Origin: Cylindrospermopsis raciborskii Cr2010
GTDB taxonomy: Bacteria > Cyanobacteriota > Cyanobacteriia > Cyanobacteriales > Nostocaceae
Direction of reading: 5' to 3'
Assembly: GCF_003367075.2 (NCBI RefSeq)
Contig: NZ_CP065936.1
Location: 990,001 to 1,022,000, forward strand
Length of the DNA: 32,000 nucleotides
In this document: positions 10,539 through 16,578 of the stretch, piece after piece
Layout of the letters: each line of letters begins with the position of its first letter
Position numbering within the stretch: the first letter of the stretch is position 1
The notes under the pieces: generated by a model
The model's input: the letters and a program-made list of their open reading frames with translations, nothing else
The model's database searches: none
What the model was told of the DNA's origin: nothing
Position numbers and translations under genes: made by a program

Positions 10539-10604
10539 TTTGAGAAAATAAGGGTGTAAAAAAATAGGGGCAAGGAAGCCCCAAAACAACAAAAGGAGCA
10601 GTCA

Positions 10605-11531
10605 GTGAATCGTTTATTTGCAGACCTGGAATTACAAAAACAGTTCTTGTCTACTGGATATATCCAGGCCCCCATACTCTCTAACCTGGAAGTAAACTAC
10701 CTACTAGGTGAAATTAATAAGCTATGCCCCCATGATAGCTTTAATCCCCACCTGGACAAAAAGTACTATATTACCTACCATTGCACGTCCCTTGATAAAA
10801 ACTTGGATTATAGAAAGAAGGCTTTCGATCTGATAAAAGATATCTTTGAGCCCTATTTAAAGGGTTTCATGCCCGATTTTGAAATCCTGTCCTGTAACTT
10901 TTTTATCAAGCCTCCCTACACAGGGATGTTGAGAATTCACCAGAACTGGCCAGTTCTAGATTTAGATGATACCAGCGTTACACTGTGGTGCCCTTTACAG
11001 GATGTGGATGCCCATAACGGTACCCTGCATCTCGTTCCTGGTAGCCATAAAATTCTTCCCCATGTAGAAAGTATAGAAGCGGCCGTTGGTTTCCCCTACT
11101 TCAAAGACTTCGAAAACGCCCTGGTAGAAAAGTATCTTCAGCCTATGATATTGAAGGCTGGGGAAGGTCTGATCTTTGATGAGTCCTTAATTCATTGGAC
11201 GCCAGCCAATAACTCGAGTAGGCCCCGCATCGCTGTCCAGATTACGGCTTTCCCAAAGAACAAGACTCCCGTTCTATACCTACGTGACAAGCAGCATCCA
11301 GAACGATTTGAGAAATTCGAAATCTCTCCAGAATTCTATCTGACGGAGGAGCTAAACGAGCATGCTGTGCGCCAACATCCGCGCAGGAGTCTGGGATTTG
11401 TAGAGAACAAAAATCGCTCCATATCCGAAGCAGAGTTCATTCAATTACTCAAACAAGGGAATGAGATTCGTCATCAGATCTACGCCAGAAAACAACTTTT
11501 TAACTCCGAGGAAATTCCATGCGAAATATAA
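10605..11531 (+). CDS. Phytanoyl-CoA dioxygenase-like (PhyH, Fe/2OG) protein 1, with HQN in place of HxD
   Basis: HQNWPVLDLDDTSVTLWCPLQDVDAHNGTLHLVPGSHKI ... IHWTPANNSSRPRIAVQ. Confidence 0.85.
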   Translation: MNRLFADLELQKQFLSTGYIQAPILSNLEVNYLLGEINKLCPHDSFNPHLDKKYYITYHCTSLDKNLDYRKKAFDLIKDIFEPYLKGFMPDFEILSCNFFIKPPYTGMLRIHQNWPVLDLDDTSVTLWCPLQDVDAHNGTLHLVPGSHKILPHVESIEAAVGFPYFKDFENALVEKYLQPMILKAGEGLIFDESLIHWTPANNSSRPRIAVQITAFPKNKTPVLYLRDKQHPERFEKFEISPEFYLTEELNEHAVRQHPRRSLGFVENKNRSISEAEFIQLLKQGNEIRHQIYARKQLFNSEEIPCEI

Positions 11532-12391
11532 TCTCGAATCAGAGTCAAAACTCCCATCTGATTGAGAAGGGCTATGTTCAGCATCAGCTTTTATCAGCAT
11601 CGGAAATTCAGTATTTATTGGGTGAGGTTCGTAAGCTTTATCCCGAAAGTATGTTTCTACCCAAAGCAGATGAATCTTCTGATCCTGACATTACGACGAG
11701 CTATCTGGCTAGTGATATAGCCCTGCGGGAACAGGTATCTCAAATTATCCGGGAAACCCTGTCCCCCCACCTAGACACCCTGCTGGAGAATTACCGTATT
11801 CTTGCCTGTGGATTATTTGTTAAGGCCCCAAAGGGTGGATGGTTTGATCTGCATTATCACCCAACTGCTGTTGAAGATCTAAAACACTGGGTTATTGATA
11901 TCTGGTGTCCTTTACAGGAAACCGATTTTTCCAACGGTACATTTTGTGCTGTTCCCGGAAGTCATAAAATCTTTCCCAGGATTATTGACTGCTCTCCCCA
12001 AGATCCTCCTTTTTACCAAGGCTATGCTGAGGAGATTCGTCATCAGTATTCGGTGGCGATACCGGCAAAAGCCGGAGAAGCTATTCTGTTTGAAGACAGT
12101 TTGCTCCACTGGTCTCCACAAAATTTGACAGATTCACCCCGCTATGCGATTCACTGTACCTGTATTCCCAGGGAAGCAACAGCCGTTTATATTTATCTTA
12201 ATCCAGGGGATTCTAAATTTGAAATCTATGAAGTCACCGATCAGTTTTTTATTGAACGCACACCTTCAACCGAGCATGATAACCTGAAACTGCTGGCAAT
12301 TTTGCCTAATAAAAATCCTTCCTACACCTTTGAGGAGTTTAAAGAGAGAATGGAAAATTGTAATACAATTAGGAAATCGATGTTTTGTTGA
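11519..12391 (+). CDS. PhyH-like (Fe/2OG) protein 2, with HYH in place of HxD
   Basis: DLHYHPTAVEDLKHWVIDIWCPLQETDFSNGTFCAVPGSHKIFP ... LLHWSPQNLTDSPRYAIH; starts inside the end of protein 1 (13-bp overlap). Confidence 0.85.
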   Translation: MRNIISNQSQNSHLIEKGYVQHQLLSASEIQYLLGEVRKLYPESMFLPKADESSDPDITTSYLASDIALREQVSQIIRETLSPHLDTLLENYRILACGLFVKAPKGGWFDLHYHPTAVEDLKHWVIDIWCPLQETDFSNGTFCAVPGSHKIFPRIIDCSPQDPPFYQGYAEEIRHQYSVAIPAKAGEAILFEDSLLHWSPQNLTDSPRYAIHCTCIPREATAVYIYLNPGDSKFEIYEVTDQFFIERTPSTEHDNLKLLAILPNKNPSYTFEEFKERMENCNTIRKSMFC

Positions 12392-12459
12392 ATTTCAAAC
12401 CTAGCTAACCTTACCCATAAATTTGATTAGGTATAAACTAATACTTTCGGGAAATAGAT

Positions 12460-14397
12460 ATGCGTCAAGTTATTCGAGACAAGGACCTAAACCACCTGCT
12501 CCTCAAGAGAGGGTATATTCAGCAACCACTGCTACTAGACTCGGAAGTTAGTTATTTGCTAGAGGAGACTCAGAAAGCCTATCCTGAAAGTAGGTTTTCT
12601 CCCGATAAAGCCAATATTTCCCAGTCCTATGTCGCCAACAGTTACACAGATCAATCGGAGGAAGTCCGTGCGATTGGTCCTAAGATTATACAGAATATTT
12701 TATCGCCCCATATCGAGGATCTACTGGATGACTACCGGATTCTCTACTGCGGGCTATTCGTTAAAGCTCCAAGGGGTGGCTGGCTGGATATTCATTATCA
12801 TCCAACCGTAGTGGAGGATTTAAAGCACTGGATCATCGATATCTGGTGTCCATTGCTGGATACAGACCTATCTAATGGCACCCTCTGTGTTGTTCCGGAG
12901 AGCCATAAAATCTTCCCAGAGGTTATTGACTATCCTTCCGAGACGGCTCTTTTTTGTCGAGACTATAAGCGAAATATTCGTGAAAAGTATTCCATTGCCC
13001 TGCCATCAAAAGCTGGGCATGGGGTGATTTTTGAAGATAGTTTACTCCATTGGTCACCCCAGAATTTGACAAATTCTGCCCGTTACGCGGTTCATTGCAC
13101 CTGTATTCCTAGAGAAGCAATTGCTGTTCATATTCATTTTGACTCCAGGTCTCCTCAACAGTTTGAAATCTATGAAGGGACAGATAAATTTTTTGAAGAA
13201 GAATTTGGTAGACCCGTACCACGACCTGGGGATCTAAAGCTACTTAAAATTATTCCTAATCAGAATCGTCCCTACGGGTTTGAAGAGTTTCAAGAGCGCA
13301 TGGGGAATGCAGCCCAACTGCGCCAAGAACTTTATCCAGATAGTTACTATGTTTCTCCGGTAGAATTTGCTAACCTGCTTCAGAAAGAGCAGGAAATGTA
13401 CCGGGAAGTTCACTATCCTATCCCGATCTCTGAGGAATTAGCTGCAGAGCCTATCCTCATGGATGCGGCTACGCGGTTATTAAATGGTCCACCGCAGGAG
13501 GTACAACCCCAAACAGCCAAGATACCACCCTTACTGAGCCGCATCACTGCCACTGTCAAGCGGTTACTTAGGGCGCAGTCTCGGTCAACGCGGAACATTT
13601 CCCAGCCGTCCGAGGTGGTTCGGGATGTACGTTCCCCTGTTAACCAACATACCGTTGCCGATGTTAAACGCTACTACGAAAAATGGACCCGTAGCTATAT
13701 CGAAGGTTTTGGAGAGGTTTTTCAGGGATCAAGACCCACCTCTACGGACGAATTGCTTGAGTATTTGATTCAATCCGCCAGGTTAGAAGATGGGATTAGG
13801 GTCTTAGACGCGGGTTGTGGAGTGTGTGGACCAGCCATTAGATTTGCTGAACAGTTTAACTTAAATATTGAAGCCCTCACCCTTGCCCAGGTGCAGGTTG
13901 AGGAATCTCAAAAACGCATTAAAGCTAAGGGATTGGAACACCAGATTAATGTCAGGCAGGGCGATTTTCATCACCTGGCTCAGTTGTATCCGGCTAACAG
14001 TTTTGACCGAGTCCTATTTCTGGAATCCTTATGCCATGCTGAAGATTATCGTCGAGCTTTAGAACAGGCTAAAAAGGTCCTTAAACCGGGTGGCTTTCTC
14101 TATATCAAGGATTTTTACGCCGTTGATCACCGTTCTTGCCCTGAGTTACTGGAGTTACATGCTAAAGATCTACGGGAGTTAAACCGAATCTACTGCCTGG
14201 TAATGCCAGATCTTCCAGGTATGGTAGATATAATCAGCGAGTTAGGATTTGACATCTATTACATGCGTAAGCCTATGTATGCCTATTCTCCGGCGGCATG
14301 GAAAAACTTTATGCGGCATACCAATACCTTTTGGGTTAGAGAGTCAGGAAAGGCGATCGAAGACATTGAATTTCTGGCCTATAAGCCCTTGAATTGA
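12460..14397 (+). CDS. Bidomain protein: N-terminal PhyH-like dioxygenase (HYH variant) fused to C-terminal SAM-dependent methyltransferase
   Basis: N-terminus closely parallels protein 2 (DIHYHPTVVEDLKHWIIDIWCPLLDTDLSNGTLCVVPESHKIFP). C-terminus: VLDAGCGVCGPAIRFAEQF, GDFHHLAQLYPANSFDRVLFLESLCHAED, KVLKPGGFLYIKDFY. Confidence 0.88.
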   Translation: MRQVIRDKDLNHLLLKRGYIQQPLLLDSEVSYLLEETQKAYPESRFSPDKANISQSYVANSYTDQSEEVRAIGPKIIQNILSPHIEDLLDDYRILYCGLFVKAPRGGWLDIHYHPTVVEDLKHWIIDIWCPLLDTDLSNGTLCVVPESHKIFPEVIDYPSETALFCRDYKRNIREKYSIALPSKAGHGVIFEDSLLHWSPQNLTNSARYAVHCTCIPREAIAVHIHFDSRSPQQFEIYEGTDKFFEEEFGRPVPRPGDLKLLKIIPNQNRPYGFEEFQERMGNAAQLRQELYPDSYYVSPVEFANLLQKEQEMYREVHYPIPISEELAAEPILMDAATRLLNGPPQEVQPQTAKIPPLLSRITATVKRLLRAQSRSTRNISQPSEVVRDVRSPVNQHTVADVKRYYEKWTRSYIEGFGEVFQGSRPTSTDELLEYLIQSARLEDGIRVLDAGCGVCGPAIRFAEQFNLNIEALTLAQVQVEESQKRIKAKGLEHQINVRQGDFHHLAQLYPANSFDRVLFLESLCHAEDYRRALEQAKKVLKPGGFLYIKDFYAVDHRSCPELLELHAKDLRELNRIYCLVMPDLPGMVDIISELGFDIYYMRKPMYAYSPAAWKNFMRHTNTFWVRESGKAIEDIEFLAYKPLN

Positions 14398-14479
14398 TTA
14401 TTCGTGTTGCTTCCAGGAGTTAGCTTAAATCCCTGGTGTCAGATTTTAAAGAGATAGAGAGTGCAGCCGTTTCACCACT

Positions 14480-14496
14480 AAAGGCTTTGCCTTTTT
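14480..14496 (+). terminator. Possible rho-independent terminator downstream of the PhyH-methyltransferase gene
   Basis: AAAGGC-TTT-GCCTTT stem-loop followed by TT, 83 bp after the stop codon. Weak stem. Confidence 0.3.
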
Positions 14497-14736
14497 AAAG
14501 AAAAGAATTAGCTACGTTAGTGGATTTTGTCAACCGGTTAGTATCTCCTTCCTTAGACAATGGGAATCACAAGAAAATCGCCGGCACGGAAGCCACTTGG
14601 CTTTAGACAGGAAGTGCCAACCGCGAATTTATTCGCCTTGATATTTAACCGTGATGCGGATCTTCAATATTCCAGTGTTGTCTTCATGTTGTTTCGTGGC
14701 TGCTATTGACAAGTAAATCATATCTCAACTATACTT

Positions 14737-15342
14737 TTGAAATCAACAAACATTGAGGGTCGAACAATGTACGGATGCCAACAAGTTCTTATCAAGTCCG
14801 ATAAATCAATAACAGCGATATTGGAGTACGTCTGCACAGAAGCTAAAAAGCTGACAAATTGTGGCGTTTACTATTCTAGGCAGATGTACTTTATTGAAAA
14901 TAAGATTGGTGCTATTGTTTTTGGATGGAATAAAGGACAAAAAGATAGTATTGATTTAGGGTCTAAAAACAATCAGAAGTTTGTGCAAATTCCCACAGCA
15001 AGATTAAAAGACCGTATTGCTCAATTATGTAAACAATACGGAATAGATTTTATTGAAACAGAAGAATCATACACTTCTCAATCATCGTTTTTTGATTGCG
15101 ACAATATACCTAAATTCGGTGAAAAACCCGAAGGGTGGGAAGCAAGCGGGAAACGAGTTAGTCGTGGAGTATATCAAACTTCTGATGGGTTCAAAATTAA
15201 TGCGGACTGTAATGGTGCTGCTAATATTTTGAAAAAAGTAGCGGTGATGCTAGGAATTGATCTTAGCGGAATCAGTAGAGGCTGTTTAAGCCAGCCTCAG
15301 AAAGTTCGTTTATGGACTCTTCAGAAATCTCCGTGTCTTTAG
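14737..15342 (+). pseudogene. Internally deleted IS200/IS605-family TnpB (N-terminal stub joined in frame to C-terminal catalytic part)
   Basis: IAQLCKQYGIDFIETEESYTSQSSFFDCDNIPKFGEKPEGW...INADCNGAANILKKV is TnpB C-terminus; N-terminal about 30 aa (TMYGCQQVLIKSDKSITAILEYVCTEAKKLTNCGVYYSRQMYF) runs straight into it, so RuvC-I and the intervening region are missing. Confidence 0.8.
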
Positions 15343-15349
15343 ACCGGAG
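15329..15349 (+). mobile_element. Hairpin at the 3' end of the TnpB remnant, candidate transposon right end / omega-RNA 3' hairpin
   Basis: CTCCG-t-GTC-ttta-GAC-CGGAG spans the end of the tnpB remnant (stop at 15342). Confidence 0.45.
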
Positions 15350-15400
15350 AAGCTTAATGATTTTTATAACCTGACCCTCAAAAACCAAAGTATTGGATAG

Positions 15401-16441
15401 ATGCCCATGTATAAATACTTGAAGATTAACCAATGGTGGGGCAACAAGATCAGTCCCCTAATGGCCTATGCCTTTCTGGGTGTATCTCATGATTCGACTC
15501 AACCGTCTGCCCTCTCCCTGACGGTGCAGTTACTGCTGTTTTTGCTGGCCTGTTTTGGCATTGCTGGTTTCGGTCATCTCTTTCTTGATGCCTTTGATCA
15601 GCGGGAGGATCGCCTGAACGGTAAGTCCAATGGCTGGCTGAGCCTAGGTAAGGTCAAGGCTAGCCTGGTACTTTCTTTACTGTTTATAACGGCCTGGCTG
15701 CCACTCTACTTTCTCCCCCATTGGGCCACGGTACGGTGGCTGGTGGCCGGAGAGTTTATCCTATTTATAATCTATGCCGTGCCACCTTTGCGGTTTAAGG
15801 AACGGGGCATGCCAGGCATTATTGTTGATGGCCTCTATGGCTATGTAATGCCTGCCCTTGTAGCTTGGACGATATTTGCTCCTGAACCTCAAGGATTATC
15901 AGCTTTTACCTATCCGGTATGCCTGCTGCTCTGGCTGCTTCCCAAGGGTATACGCCATATACTGCGTCATCAGTACTATGATTTTGATGGCGATTGTGGG
16001 GCCGGAGTTAGCACCTTTGCCGTGCGCCATGGTCGCACCGCCACCCTAAAGGTGATTCAAAACTATCTGCTGCCCATTGAGCTGCCGGCTATGGTGCTGG
16101 CGCTGACGGTGCTTTCCTGGCCAATGATTTTACCTATGATTGGCTTCATGGCCTTTTCCGGTTGGGAATGGAGAGTGCTGCGTCAACAGTGGCTGCAGCC
16201 CGTACCCCCGCCCCGTCTCTGGAAACCGATTGAATGGTCAGAATGGCTGGGTATGCGGTTCCTGTCTACCTTCACCGAACTCCTGCTACCCCTGCTTTCT
16301 CTATGGGTTATGTTACTGCGCCATCCATCCCTATGGCCCCTGTCATTGGTTTACCTCCTGATTGCCGGTTGGCCCTTAAAGCTCTGGTGGGGTGAAGTGA
16401 GTCCCCTGGTATTGAAACGATTCGATGGAGCCCAGCGATGA
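15401..16441 (+). CDS. UbiA-family prenyltransferase-like integral membrane protein
   Basis: Aspartate-rich motif LDAFDQREDRLNGK and second motif YYDFDGDCGAGVSTFAVRHG, many hydrophobic segments. Confidence 0.8.
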   Translation: MPMYKYLKINQWWGNKISPLMAYAFLGVSHDSTQPSALSLTVQLLLFLLACFGIAGFGHLFLDAFDQREDRLNGKSNGWLSLGKVKASLVLSLLFITAWLPLYFLPHWATVRWLVAGEFILFIIYAVPPLRFKERGMPGIIVDGLYGYVMPALVAWTIFAPEPQGLSAFTYPVCLLLWLLPKGIRHILRHQYYDFDGDCGAGVSTFAVRHGRTATLKVIQNYLLPIELPAMVLALTVLSWPMILPMIGFMAFSGWEWRVLRQQWLQPVPPPRLWKPIEWSEWLGMRFLSTFTELLLPLLSLWVMLLRHPSLWPLSLVYLLIAGWPLKLWWGEVSPLVLKRFDGAQR

Positions 16442-16569
16442 CTTCCCAGGTCTTACTTCACCCCGTTATCAAGGTTCCGGCAGATGTCCTGGAGCGGTTT
16501 CGAGGTAAGGCATCGCTTCTAGCGACCGATCCTGTATACGCCCCCTATAGGGCTGAATACCTAAACTAA
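16438..16569 (+). CDS. Small ORF (43 aa) MTSQVLLHPVIKVPADVLERFRGKASLLATDPVYAPYRAEYLN, not in the supplied track
   Basis: ATG overlaps the UbiA-like stop (ATGA) and the ORF ends 9 bp before the next start; read directly from the nucleotides. Confidence 0.4.
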   Translation: MTSQVLLHPVIKVPADVLERFRGKASLLATDPVYAPYRAEYLN

Positions 16570-16578
16570 GGAGACGAT

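Noticed and set aside
10240-10675. Minus-strand ORFs of 114-118 aa across the Wzt C-terminus and intergenic gap
   Set aside because: Overlap the strongly supported Wzt-like CDS, no domain signature; considered as genes ending at the 10567 hairpin but orientation and content do not support it.
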